From an uncultured virus (IMG/VR IMGVR_UViG_3300017971_003573) (Duplodnaviria; Heunggongvirae; Uroviricota; Caudoviricetes): a stretch of 64,000 bases of DNA. The notes under the pieces are model-generated. The model saw only the letters and a list, made by a program, of their open reading frames with translations, was not told the origin of the DNA and did not search any database. Position 1 is the first letter of the stretch. Every line of letters starts with the position of its first letter. Shown piece by piece: positions 37,938 through 47,514 of the stretch. Both the position numbers and the translations under genes were made by a program. The stretch lies in the IMG/VR virus record IMGVR_UViG_3300017971_003573. One strand, 5' to 3'.

Positions 37938-39067
37938 TGCCTTTTGGAACGACTGCTTCACAGGAATACTACGGGGATCCAAACGACTTCCCCGATGTTC
38001 CGCCGATCTGTCAAACGCTCTACACGCGCTTGAAGGCCGTGGCCAGTGATGGTCAGGTCATCATCGCGAACCAGGGCGAGTACATGACGGGCTCCAACTT
38101 GCCGGACCCGATGAGGCCCGGCGCGTTGAAGTGGACGGTTGTGACGTGGGGTGAGACCTACCGCATCAACTGTCCGTACTGCGGTGATGACCGCCACCGG
38201 CTCTGGGTCAACTACATGTTTGGCCAGCGAGACCCGGCGGACCACACCCGCGTCGCCGACTTCTACGGGATCTGCTTCAACGATGACTGTCTCCAGGAGA
38301 GCGGGAATCGTGAGAGCCTGTTCCAGTCGATCTTCGGCGTCGACAATGCTGCGGCGCATCGACACGAGGCCCCAGCGCTGACTCCGCAAACGGCGGCCAA
38401 GACGTCAGCGAAGCTGATACCTCGGGACTTCCCTGGACCTCCAATCGGTCTGCGGGAGGTTCCAATCGAGCACCCGATGATGCAATACTTCTACGGCGAG
38501 CGTCGGTTCAACGAACAGACGATCGACGACTACGGGCTCGTGACCGTGAACACCGTTCACGATGTCAAACGACACCGCCTGGCCGTAGGCCGCATCCTTG
38601 CCCCGGTGATCCAACACGGAGTTCAGTACGGTTGGCAAGGGCGATACGTTGGGAAACCACCCAACAAGCATACTCCGAAGTATTTCACATGCCCGGACAT
38701 GCCGAAGCGGTTTCTCCTCTACAACCATGACCGTGCGATGGACAAGCCGTTCGTGGTGGTCTTCGAGGGGATCACGGATGTCTGGAGGCTCGGGGACTGG
38801 TCGGTCTCCGTGCTCGGCAAGACGCTCTCGCCGCAGCAACGACTGCTACTTCAGACGACCTGGCCTGGCAAGCCGATCATCATCTGCTTCGACGCAGATG
38901 CCTGGGACAACAGTCGCCAGGCGATCGAGTTGCTGGTCAATGGCGTGAACCCAGTCGTCCGGGTGCGTATGCCGGATGAATGGGATCCTGCCGACTTTGA
39001 CCGTGACCCACTACGACAGTGGATCGTGACGGAAGCCAGGGAGGCTGGATTACAGATTTCGTTTTAA
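37937..39067 (+). CDS. DNA primase (Zn finger plus TOPRIM)
   Basis: NCPYCGD...C...C; GWQGR; VVFEGITDV; CFDAD. Confidence 0.85.
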   Translation: MPFGTTASQEYYGDPNDFPDVPPICQTLYTRLKAVASDGQVIIANQGEYMTGSNLPDPMRPGALKWTVVTWGETYRINCPYCGDDRHRLWVNYMFGQRDPADHTRVADFYGICFNDDCLQESGNRESLFQSIFGVDNAAAHRHEAPALTPQTAAKTSAKLIPRDFPGPPIGLREVPIEHPMMQYFYGERRFNEQTIDDYGLVTVNTVHDVKRHRLAVGRILAPVIQHGVQYGWQGRYVGKPPNKHTPKYFTCPDMPKRFLLYNHDRAMDKPFVVVFEGITDVWRLGDWSVSVLGKTLSPQQRLLLQTTWPGKPIIICFDADAWDNSRQAIELLVNGVNPVVRVRMPDEWDPADFDRDPLRQWIVTEAREAGLQISF

Positions 39068-39077
39068 GGAACCCGAT

Positions 39078-40139
39078 ATGCGAAGAGCGTACGGCGAACA
39101 ACAAAGCTCGATGCGGCAGTCCACACGGGATCGCATCGCACAGATCGACGCGATCATGGAAGAGTATCGCGGCGACGGCTACGTCTTGACGTTGCGGCAG
39201 TTGTATTACCAACTCGTCGCTCGTGACATGGTTGAAAACAGCCAGCGGAGTTACAACAACGTGGGCAACATCGTCGACGTCGGTCGACGCCACGGCATGC
39301 TCCGATGGGACGGGATCGAGGATCGTACGAGGAACCTCGAATCCAACACCCACTGGCGAGACCCTGCCCACATCATCCGTGCCTGCGGCAGCTCGTACGA
39401 GATCAACAAGTGGCAGGGCCAGGAATACCTTCCTGAAATCTGGATCGAGAAAGAAGCGTTGGCGGGGGTGTTCCAGGGACCGTGCTCGACCCTGGACGTT
39501 AGCTTCTTCTCGTGTCGAGGGTACACGAGCCAGTCTGAGATGTGGCGCGCCGGTCAACGGATGCGGCGCTTCATCCGGGGTGGGCAGAAGCCGGTGATCC
39601 TTCACTTTGGCGACCATGACCCGTCCGGCCTGGACATGTCGAGAGACATCCGGGATCGTATGGCCATGTTCACCGAGCGGGATGTCCGGTACTTCAGCGA
39701 ACCGCCGGAGGACTTCTCGGAGATCGACGATGACGAGAGTGGTATGATCGTCATCCGCGTGGCATTGAACATGCCGCAGATCGACGAGCTGAATCCGCCA
39801 CCCAACCCCGCCAAAACCTCAGACTGCCGGTACGAGGCATACGCCGCCCAGTACGGTGAGCAGTCCTGGGAATTGGACGCGATCGATCCTGCCACGATGA
39901 CGGGACTTATCAACCACCACGTCACGCGACTGCGTGATGACTCGCTATGGGAGGAGCGTGAGGATCAGGAGACGAGCGAGCGACGCCTGCTCGAACGTGT
40001 CTCTGAGAACTGGGAGAGCGTCGTCTACTACCTGGACGATCAACACCCGGACGTCGAGGACGACGATGACGACTACGAGGATCCCGACCTGTTCGACGAT
40101 GTTGAGGACGAGGATGACGACGACGAAGACGAAGAATAG
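39078..40139 (+). CDS. Topo VI-A/Spo11-like winged-helix plus TOPRIM protein with an acidic tail
   Basis: LTLRQLYYQL, WIEKEAL, GDHDPSGLDM, WELDA. Confidence 0.75.
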   Translation: MRRAYGEQQSSMRQSTRDRIAQIDAIMEEYRGDGYVLTLRQLYYQLVARDMVENSQRSYNNVGNIVDVGRRHGMLRWDGIEDRTRNLESNTHWRDPAHIIRACGSSYEINKWQGQEYLPEIWIEKEALAGVFQGPCSTLDVSFFSCRGYTSQSEMWRAGQRMRRFIRGGQKPVILHFGDHDPSGLDMSRDIRDRMAMFTERDVRYFSEPPEDFSEIDDDESGMIVIRVALNMPQIDELNPPPNPAKTSDCRYEAYAAQYGEQSWELDAIDPATMTGLINHHVTRLRDDSLWEEREDQETSERRLLERVSENWESVVYYLDDQHPDVEDDDDDYEDPDLFDDVEDEDDDDEDEE

Positions 40140-40404
40140 TTTCCACTTCAGCGTGGGAAACAGTAGCCACGGACACATCGGGTTTTGCGCCCGTGTGTTC
40201 GCGGATACTCCGCAGGAAGCTGCGGAGCTACTCAAGGAGGGTCTGCCCGAGTACGTGCCTCGCATCTGTAACGGCGAGGCGTTCGAGTACACCCATGTCT
40301 ACTTCAATCCCGACGCTATCGACTGGCGAAAGGACATCGACGAGTACACCGACGAAGACGGCGAGGATTGTGCGTTCGATCCCGCCGACTGGGAGGGCTC
40401 TTGA
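40114..40404 (+). CDS. hypothetical phage protein
   Basis: FSVGNSSHGHIGFCARV... Confidence 0.55.
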   Translation: MTTTKTKNSFHFSVGNSSHGHIGFCARVFADTPQEAAELLKEGLPEYVPRICNGEAFEYTHVYFNPDAIDWRKDIDEYTDEDGEDCAFDPADWEGS

Positions 40405-40757
40405 ACAAGTTCGCACAACACACACGAAGCACGGCATTCAGCTTGTCGCTGAGTGCCAATGCTATCGACGAGATCCTGTATCTCGATGCGTGCAAGCAGA
40501 TTGCCGACCAGACCGATCGACCCGAGTACGGCATGCCGCTCGCCAAAGGGTTGCGTGCCTACCTCGAACGTCGAGGTCTGATCCAGGACTGCACAGAAGT
40601 CGGTTGCGCTGGTAACTCGATCCTCACCCCCGAGGGTCACCAGACTGCCGTACTACTACGGATGGCAGGATTTTCCAACTTCCTCGACGAGCAGATCGAG
40701 GAGCGTGTTTGGGAGTACCATGAGGCATACTCCAAGTACCAGAAAGACAAACAATGA
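40401..40757 (+). CDS. hypothetical protein
   Basis: TTGA overlap; GGAGG RBS. Confidence 0.5.
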   Translation: MNKFAQHTRSTAFSLSLSANAIDEILYLDACKQIADQTDRPEYGMPLAKGLRAYLERRGLIQDCTEVGCAGNSILTPEGHQTAVLLRMAGFSNFLDEQIEERVWEYHEAYSKYQKDKQ

Positions 40758-43700
40758 GCACAGTCACCCCCGCATTAGGCGACCTGTTCCAGCTCGTGCG
40801 TAACGACGAGGCCGATCACACGGAGCTCAACCGTGAGTTCCCGTTCGTGCCTCTCAACGCACCGGGCATGCCGATACCCGGCCCGGACTTCGTCGCTGCG
40901 GCGGCGTCGCTGGGCGATAACCCTCCATACACGGCGGAGGGTAAGGGCAAGGACAAGTACGTGACTGGGTTCGGCAAGAACCTCCACTACTTGTACCGAC
41001 GTGCCCTCTACGACGACTACTTCCAGCTCCCTGTGAAAGTCAAGGGACGCACGGAACCGGCCAGGTTTGTGCCAGGCCACCTCTACAGCGACGATACCTC
41101 TGACTTCAACGGCGGCCCTCGCAAGGCGAGTGTCATGGTGGTCGGGAAGCATCCTGGCCAGGAGGAAATCCTCCGCCGCCGCAACTTCGTCGGGCAGACC
41201 TCCGAGGAGCTGTTCAATGCCTTGCAAGCACTCGGAGTCGGCGAAGCGGATATTGGTGAGTGGTACTTCACGAACCTTGTGAAGTTCCCACAGCTAGACA
41301 AGCAGGGCGAGGGTCTACCCGCCGCCTGGATCAGCGACTGTCTGCCGTTGCTGCACCAGGAGCTGCGGATGGTCCGGCCCGACTACCTGTTGTGCCTCGG
41401 GAGCCACGCTTCCAAGGCGCTGCTGGGCAAGTGGGCTGCCGTGACCAACATGGTCGGGCGTGTCGAAGACCTCGTCATCCAAGTTGGCGAGCGAGATGCT
41501 CCGCAGATACACACCATCAAGGTCATGGCCGGGGTCCATCCCGCTGCCGTGTACCGGCGCACCGAGTTGTTCGAGCCGTTCAAGGACCAGCTCTCGCTGT
41601 TCCTCCAGCTCACTCGGGGCGACGACATCGGCGGCGTGGAGACCGACGTGGATCACCGCGTGATCTACCGGCACAACCAACTGAAGCGGATCGTCGACGA
41701 GATCCAAGCCGATCCAACTCGGTGGACGATCGCGGTTGACTGCGAGTGGCACGGTGACTACCCCACGGAGCCCGGGTCGTACTTGCGGTCGGTCCAGTTC
41801 AGCAGCCAACACGGCGAAGGCATGTGCGTCGTGCTCCGCCACCAGGGCGGACACCCGGCGTTCAAGCCGTCGATCGATCACGCCATCGTGGAATTGAAGC
41901 GGCTCCTCAAGGCCGACCCGAACACCGGGTATAAGCCCCGCGTCGGTGGCCATGCGTTCCGTGCTGACATGCCGTGGCTTCTCTACAACGGCATCGACGT
42001 GCGGGAAGAGTACACGATGCCGGAGGACGTCACGCAGGCCAGGCAGGGTGGCTTCGAGACCACGCTCCAATACCACTCCACCAACGAGGCGGCGAGCTTT
42101 AAGCTGTCTGACGTTACCGCCAGGCTGACAACGTGCCCTCGGTACGACAAGAAGCTCGACAAGTGGAAGGAGCAATACTGCAAGGTCCACGGCATCAAGG
42201 CCAAGGAGCTCGACGGATACGGGATGTGCCCGGACTGGGTGCTGTACCCGGATCCCAAAGAGAGCCCCAACTACTCGTGCTACGACGCGGACGCTACCAG
42301 GCGTATTGCCGAGCGGTGCGAACAGGAAGGCGGCCTGCTGGACAGCGACTGGTTCGGCCAGCCGTCGTGGCAGGCGTACTGGACAGCGCACCGAGCCAGT
42401 CTAGGTTTTCTGGAGATGGAGATGAACGGGATCATGCTCGACCGCGATCGCGTGGACGAGCTTTCCCAGCTCTACGACCATGTCCGAAAGCAACTCCTGG
42501 CGGACTTCCGCAAGAAGATCAACTGGGATACGTTCAATCCCGAGTCGAGCAAGCAGTGCGTGGCCTTCCTATTCGGAGACCAGTACGGTTTCAAGCTCGG
42601 TCCCAATGGCGAGAAGATCCCCACTCGCCCGCCAGAAGCGTTGACCATGAACTTCATCCCCATCAAATCAACCGGTCGACGCTCCAAAGCGTGGGATCAG
42701 ATCATGGCCCGTGGTGAAGAGGACGAGTACACTCCGTCTGCGGACAAGGAGGTGCTTGGAATCCTGGGCCATGTAGATCCGTTGGTGATGCAGCTTCGGG
42801 ATCTGAAGTTCATCAGCCAGTGTCTGAAGTACGTGCTCCGCCCGCCAACGTACGAAGGTGGTGAGCTCGTCCGGGACGACAGTGGCCACCTCGTGTTCCT
42901 GAAGGGGTTGGCGTCGTACGCACACGCGGACGGCAGGATCAGGACACACCTGTCCCAACTGAAGGAGACCGGCCGCGCAGCTTCTGCCAGGCCGCCGCTC
43001 CAGAACCTGTCCAAGCGTCGTGAGGATGACTACTCTCGCATCCTGGGTACGCAGTACCGCTACGACGCCGACGTCAAGGACGGCAAGGAGAACCCCGCCT
43101 ACGGCGACTACGATCACATCTTCGGAAGGCCGTTGTACCAGCATCCGATCCGCACGATCCTCCGAGCCTCGCCAGGCCACGTCCTGGTCGAGGCGGACTT
43201 CTGTGGTGCGGAGCTGGCGGTTATCGCCTGGCTGGCCAACGACCCCGTGATGATCGATCACGTCGCTCGTGGCACCTTGCCGGAGAAGGATCCCAACCAT
43301 TACGATATTCATTCCCGTACAGCCGTGCGGGCATTCCAACTTACGTGTGAGCCCACCAAGACGGGCATGAAGAAAGCAGGCAAGAAGGGACTCAGGGTTG
43401 CTGCCAAGAACGTGAACTTCGGCATCCCTTATGGCCGCATGGCCCCTGCTATCGCTCGACAGTGTCGCGAGGAAGGCGTGACAATCTCTATCGAGGACAC
43501 CGAAAAGCTAATCGAGATGTACTTCGACACGTACAGAGGGACCACCGAGTTCCTGCGGACGTGCCGGGAGCGTGTGCATGACCCCCAGTGGATCTGCACA
43601 CCGTACGGTCGGAAGCGTCGGTTCATCAAGAGTCGCGACCGCCAGGTCATCGGGGAGCAAGAGCGCCAAGGCCAGAACTTCCCGATCCAGTCTACCGTCG

Positions 43701-44023
43701 CCGATGCGATGAACCGCGCTATCGACGCTGCCTATTGTTACCGCTGGGAGAGGCCGGAGCTGGCGTACCGCATGCTGCTCCAAATCCACGATGCTATTCT
43801 CTTCGAGGTGCCGATCCCGCAATTACGCGTCTTCAAGGAGGAGGTGCTACAGGAAGTAATGATCAACCGCGTCCCGATCTGGCCTACTTACCTGGACGGG
43901 ACACGGATGCAAGTAGACAAGCCGTACCGGTTCGGTATCGACATTGACGTTCAACTCAACTGGGGTGAAGACATCCCAGAGGCCCAGGCAGAAGAACTGG
44001 GAATCCCGCTCGATTTGATCTAG
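40754..44023 (+). CDS. polA: family A DNA polymerase with an N-terminal family-4-like uracil-DNA glycosylase domain and 3'-5' exonuclease
   Basis: UDG: VMVVGKHPGQEE..FVG, YFTNLVK, HPAAV. Exo: AVDCEW, YSCYDAD. Pol: ETGR, PPLQN, EADFCGAEL, AKNVNFGIPYG, NFPIQS, QIHDAILFE. Confidence 0.92.
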   Translation: MSTVTPALGDLFQLVRNDEADHTELNREFPFVPLNAPGMPIPGPDFVAAAASLGDNPPYTAEGKGKDKYVTGFGKNLHYLYRRALYDDYFQLPVKVKGRTEPARFVPGHLYSDDTSDFNGGPRKASVMVVGKHPGQEEILRRRNFVGQTSEELFNALQALGVGEADIGEWYFTNLVKFPQLDKQGEGLPAAWISDCLPLLHQELRMVRPDYLLCLGSHASKALLGKWAAVTNMVGRVEDLVIQVGERDAPQIHTIKVMAGVHPAAVYRRTELFEPFKDQLSLFLQLTRGDDIGGVETDVDHRVIYRHNQLKRIVDEIQADPTRWTIAVDCEWHGDYPTEPGSYLRSVQFSSQHGEGMCVVLRHQGGHPAFKPSIDHAIVELKRLLKADPNTGYKPRVGGHAFRADMPWLLYNGIDVREEYTMPEDVTQARQGGFETTLQYHSTNEAASFKLSDVTARLTTCPRYDKKLDKWKEQYCKVHGIKAKELDGYGMCPDWVLYPDPKESPNYSCYDADATRRIAERCEQEGGLLDSDWFGQPSWQAYWTAHRASLGFLEMEMNGIMLDRDRVDELSQLYDHVRKQLLADFRKKINWDTFNPESSKQCVAFLFGDQYGFKLGPNGEKIPTRPPEALTMNFIPIKSTGRRSKAWDQIMARGEEDEYTPSADKEVLGILGHVDPLVMQLRDLKFISQCLKYVLRPPTYEGGELVRDDSGHLVFLKGLASYAHADGRIRTHLSQLKETGRAASARPPLQNLSKRREDDYSRILGTQYRYDADVKDGKENPAYGDYDHIFGRPLYQHPIRTILRASPGHVLVEADFCGAELAVIAWLANDPVMIDHVARGTLPEKDPNHYDIHSRTAVRAFQLTCEPTKTGMKKAGKKGLRVAAKNVNFGIPYGRMAPAIARQCREEGVTISIEDTEKLIEMYFDTYRGTTEFLRTCRERVHDPQWICTPYGRKRRFIKSRDRQVIGEQERQGQNFPIQSTVADAMNRAIDAAYCYRWERPELAYRMLLQIHDAILFEVPIPQLRVFKEEVLQEVMINRVPIWPTYLDGTRMQVDKPYRFGIDIDVQLNWGEDIPEAQAEELGIPLDLI

Positions 44024-44135
44024 TCAACGGAGACCGTGCCGCTACAATGGATTCACTGTCAGAAAGGGGAAGCGACCCCAGACAGCGATTGTGTTCCAAA
44101 TTTTATGTTTCAGTTTCAGTTACAGGAGTTGTGTG

Positions 44136-45962
44136 ATGTCTAAGGACACGTCTACGCGTACGCGTCGCCGAAGGACCGGCTACACTTTCTCGGAACACGG
44201 GCGTTCCGAACGGGGCATGCGGCAAGGTGACCACGTCATCAAGCCGGGTGAGGCCGACATCTGGTCGACCCCGTACGAGGATGGTGTAATGACCATCCGA
44301 GTTGTCTCCCAGAAGACCCGCGACGAAGGAGTGTCGTACTACTGGGATCCCTACCGCTGGCCAAGCAACGACCAGTTCGATCCGCATGGATTCGGCGACT
44401 GGATCCGACGCTACCCAGCGTGTCGTCAGTTCGGCGATCCCGCCGTGACCTTCATCGAGTACGATCCGAACGATCCGCAGATTGATGACCCGCAGATGAC
44501 GCCTGGCGCCGTCTTGCACCGGAACATCGATCGGGCGCTCGCACGCGGAAAGGATCCTGGAGGTTGGGCGATGCTGCTTCGCGGCAGTGCCGGACGTGGC
44601 GCTCAGTTGCCGAGGCCGAGCGAAATCTACCTGGTGCAAGGGTTCATCATGGGCTACAAGTCCAAGCCGTACCCCGTGCCTCGTGGTTTCGGTCAGAATG
44701 ACAACACGATCGTCATTCAACTCGGGCCGTCTGCCGGTATGGCGATGCTTCAGGAGTTCCATGCCGAGGTCGAAGGTTACACCGGAGACCCCGACAACTT
44801 CGAGGCTCGCTATGTAAACGGCGATCCGATCTCGTTGCAGACCGGTCGGTTCGTCAACTTCTACTCGTTGTCCGATGGTGACCCTCGCCAGATCCAGGCG
44901 GCACAGCCGCAGGGTTGGCAACAAGCGGCTGCGGCTGGACAAACCGCAGGCGGCCAGCAGGGTGGTAAGAAGCCGATCGGTTACGGTGCATTCTGCACCC
45001 CCGACTTCAACGGCATCCCCGCCTCCATGGTCGAAATCGAAGATGCCGTGAAGGCGAAGGTCAAGCCGTGGGACGACATCCTCCTCTTTCCCACGATCGA
45101 GGAGCAAGCCCGCATTCTCAGCGACAAGTTCCCTGCGGATGTGATCGAGTATGGTTGGCGGAACCACCCGGACTGGATTCCCGAGGAAGTTCGCCGTAAG
45201 GCACGAGCGGCTGTCTCTGTTGCCTCGCCGGGCATGCCCGGACAGCAACAACAGGCTTACGCCGGATACGCTGGCCCTGGTGAGATGCCGCAGCCCCAAC
45301 AGGCTCCCGGCAACTACCAGCAGCCGCAGCCGTCCGGCCAGGCTGGACCCGCTGGCTGGGGTGCTCAGCAACCGCAGCAGCAAGCGCCAGCACCGCAGCA
45401 GCCTCCGATCGAGGCCGCTTTCGGACAGCAGCCGCAGCAACCCGCGTGGCCTGGGCAGCAACCAGCGCAAGCTGGTCCGCCCGCTCCCGTGACTGACGGT
45501 GCCCTCCCGGGCGGTGAAGTTCAGCCTGGCGAGCCTGTCCTGCCTGATGGCCAGGTGGCTCAACAGCCTGTCGACGCTCCCTCGGCGCAAGCACCGCCGC
45601 AGCAGCAGGGGCAGGATGTCGTGACTCCGGCGGAGGATATGGGACCGCCCCAGCCTGCGCCAGAGCCCGCTCCGGCAGCCGGAGGTTGGCCGACACAGGC
45701 AATGGGTACGCCGGACGGGACTGCTCCCCCGCAGCCCCAGGCGGCCCCACAGCCGCAACCGGCTCCCCAACCGGCTCCGCAGCCGCAGCAGGCCGCACCG
45801 CAGCCCCAGGCGGCTCCACAGCCGCAAGTGGCTCCGCAGCCCGCTCCGCAGCCCCAGGCGGCTCCACAGCCGCAAGCTGCTCCACAGCCGGAGGCCGCGT
45901 CTCAGCCGCCCTCGGCAGCCGCAGCCGCGCTACGACGCGCCCAAAGTGCCCGAAAGGGATAA
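44136..45962 (+). CDS. probable single-stranded DNA-binding/annealing protein with a long Pro/Gln/Ala-rich tail
   Basis: AGGAG RBS; lies between polA and the recA-like gene; globular N-terminal half and low-complexity tail. Function is inferred from position only. Confidence 0.45.
   Translation: MSKDTSTRTRRRRTGYTFSEHGRSERGMRQGDHVIKPGEADIWSTPYEDGVMTIRVVSQKTRDEGVSYYWDPYRWPSNDQFDPHGFGDWIRRYPACRQFGDPAVTFIEYDPNDPQIDDPQMTPGAVLHRNIDRALARGKDPGGWAMLLRGSAGRGAQLPRPSEIYLVQGFIMGYKSKPYPVPRGFGQNDNTIVIQLGPSAGMAMLQEFHAEVEGYTGDPDNFEARYVNGDPISLQTGRFVNFYSLSDGDPRQIQAAQPQGWQQAAAAGQTAGGQQGGKKPIGYGAFCTPDFNGIPASMVEIEDAVKAKVKPWDDILLFPTIEEQARILSDKFPADVIEYGWRNHPDWIPEEVRRKARAAVSVASPGMPGQQQQAYAGYAGPGEMPQPQQAPGNYQQPQPSGQAGPAGWGAQQPQQQAPAPQQPPIEAAFGQQPQQPAWPGQQPAQAGPPAPVTDGALPGGEVQPGEPVLPDGQVAQQPVDAPSAQAPPQQQGQDVVTPAEDMGPPQPAPEPAPAAGGWPTQAMGTPDGTAPPQPQAAPQPQPAPQPAPQPQQAAPQPQAAPQPQVAPQPAPQPQAAPQPQAAPQPEAASQPPSAAAAALRRAQSARKG
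45726..45895 (+). repeat. imperfect 12/18-bp coding tandem repeat (PQPQAA / PQPA)
   Basis: Units such as CCGCAGCCCCAGGCGGCT recur in frame. Confidence 0.8.
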
Positions 45963-45967
45963 TCTAG

Positions 45968-45986
45968 GGCGGTAATTAGAAACCAA
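45968..45986 (+). promoter_or_regulatory. 19-bp motif GGCGGTAATTAGAAACCAA, copy 3
   Basis: Exact repeat; followed by hairpin ACAACCCGGC-AGGAC-GCCGGGTTGT and the recA-like RBS. Confidence 0.75.
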
Positions 45987-46035
45987 CACAACCCGGCAGG
46001 ACGCCGGGTTGTTTGGTCTTTACTCAGGAGGAACC

Positions 46036-47514
46036 ATGCCTAGTAGAAGACGACAATCGGCACAGCAGAACGTCTGGGAGGGCGCTCAACGCAATGCCGC
46101 ACTCGATGCGATGTTCTCGAACATGACCAACACCGCATCCCAGGAACTAGGGCGGAACGACATCATCGTCGGGTCCGACGTGGAGAAGCTGCTGGTGGGT
46201 CTCTACCTACCGGCGCTGTGTCTGCGTTTCCTGTTACAATCTACGATCCTACCGTTGGGCCGGATCGTCCACATCACGGGCGAGGAAGGCTCGTGCAAGA
46301 CTGCATTTCTCGTAGAGCTGATGCGCTGGCACATGAAACATGGTGGCGGCGGTGCTTACATCGAGAACGAGCACAAGGACAGTCCCGAGCTTCGGAACAG
46401 CATCCTTGAGTGGAACCCGATGTGGCTGGCCCGTTTGCAGTGGGGCGAGTCATTCTGCCTGGAGGAGTGGATGGATCTGCTGACCACGTTCGTCAACGTG
46501 GCACGGACGTTCCAGGACGCCGAAGACGGCCCTGGACACACGGTGCCGATCCTGTTCGGCGTCGACTCCATCATGGCCACTGCTCCGCGAGCGATGCTCG
46601 ACAAGATCGAGAAGGAAGGCCACCCGAGTCTTGGCTACCCAGTAGCCGCCAGGCTGATCGCCGATTACATGCGGTCGATGCCCAACCTCATTCGGGAGTA
46701 CCCCTTCACGATCGTTGGAACGAATCACCTGAAGCCCACGACGGACTTCATGGGACGCACCTCGTTCGTCTCGCCTGGCGGGAAGTCCGTCAAGTTCATG
46801 GAGACCTACGAGATCGAGATGCACAAAGCCCCCAGTGGCGACATCGACACGCTGGAGTTCGGTGGCATCCGCGTCAAGTTCGTCGGACGAAAGAACGGCC
46901 TCGGGCCGTCACGTAAACAGATCGTCGCTGAGATGCTCTGGTGGCACCAAGAGTTTGAAGACGGTGTCATCCGCCAGCGTACCGGTTGGGACTGGGACAC
47001 GGCGTCGATCGAGCTGCTGCTCTCCTTCGGTGATGAGAAGCGAGGCACGCAGTTCAAGACCAAGAACAAGAAGACGATCTACAACGCCCTGATGGACATC
47101 GTGCCCATCAAGGTGACGAACTCGTCGAAGCGGCAGGGTTGGTGTGACGTCTTGGGTGTTCCAAGAGACAACCCTGTGCATTTCCGGCAGCTTGGTGCGG
47201 AATTGGAGCGCCGCCAAGACCTCCTGGAGCAAATCTATCCACTGCTCGGCATCCAACAACGTCGGCTGTTCCAGCCTGGCGTGGACTACCGAGAGGCGAT
47301 GGCCCAGGAGATCGAGGTCTGCACCGAAGAGGCTGCTGCCATCTACGAGCACGTCGACGATATGCCCCAACCGGATGCAGAGCTGCTGGATCCGATGGGA
47401 GTCGCCGTGCCCCCGTCCGAAAGTGACTACGAACCGGAGGATAACAATGGGGTGGCTGGATCCGACACCGGAGCAACTACAGGAGAAGTGGGACCGGCAG
47501 AGGAGGTCGTTTGA
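46036..47514 (+). CDS. RecA/UvsX-like recombinase
   Basis: PLGRIVHITGEEGSCKT, YIENE, GVDS, SPGGKSVKF, KN. Confidence 0.82.
   Translation: MPSRRRQSAQQNVWEGAQRNAALDAMFSNMTNTASQELGRNDIIVGSDVEKLLVGLYLPALCLRFLLQSTILPLGRIVHITGEEGSCKTAFLVELMRWHMKHGGGGAYIENEHKDSPELRNSILEWNPMWLARLQWGESFCLEEWMDLLTTFVNVARTFQDAEDGPGHTVPILFGVDSIMATAPRAMLDKIEKEGHPSLGYPVAARLIADYMRSMPNLIREYPFTIVGTNHLKPTTDFMGRTSFVSPGGKSVKFMETYEIEMHKAPSGDIDTLEFGGIRVKFVGRKNGLGPSRKQIVAEMLWWHQEFEDGVIRQRTGWDWDTASIELLLSFGDEKRGTQFKTKNKKTIYNALMDIVPIKVTNSSKRQGWCDVLGVPRDNPVHFRQLGAELERRQDLLEQIYPLLGIQQRRLFQPGVDYREAMAQEIEVCTEEAAAIYEHVDDMPQPDAELLDPMGVAVPPSESDYEPEDNNGVAGSDTGATTGEVGPAEEVV

Noticed and set aside
44103..45875. 590-aa minus-strand ORF
   Set aside because: Antisense shadow of the Pro/Gln-rich + strand gene; low-complexity LR repeats and no recognisable motif.
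45726..45895. Tandem repeat as a possible CRISPR or guide array
   Set aside because: In-frame coding repeat with no unique spacers.
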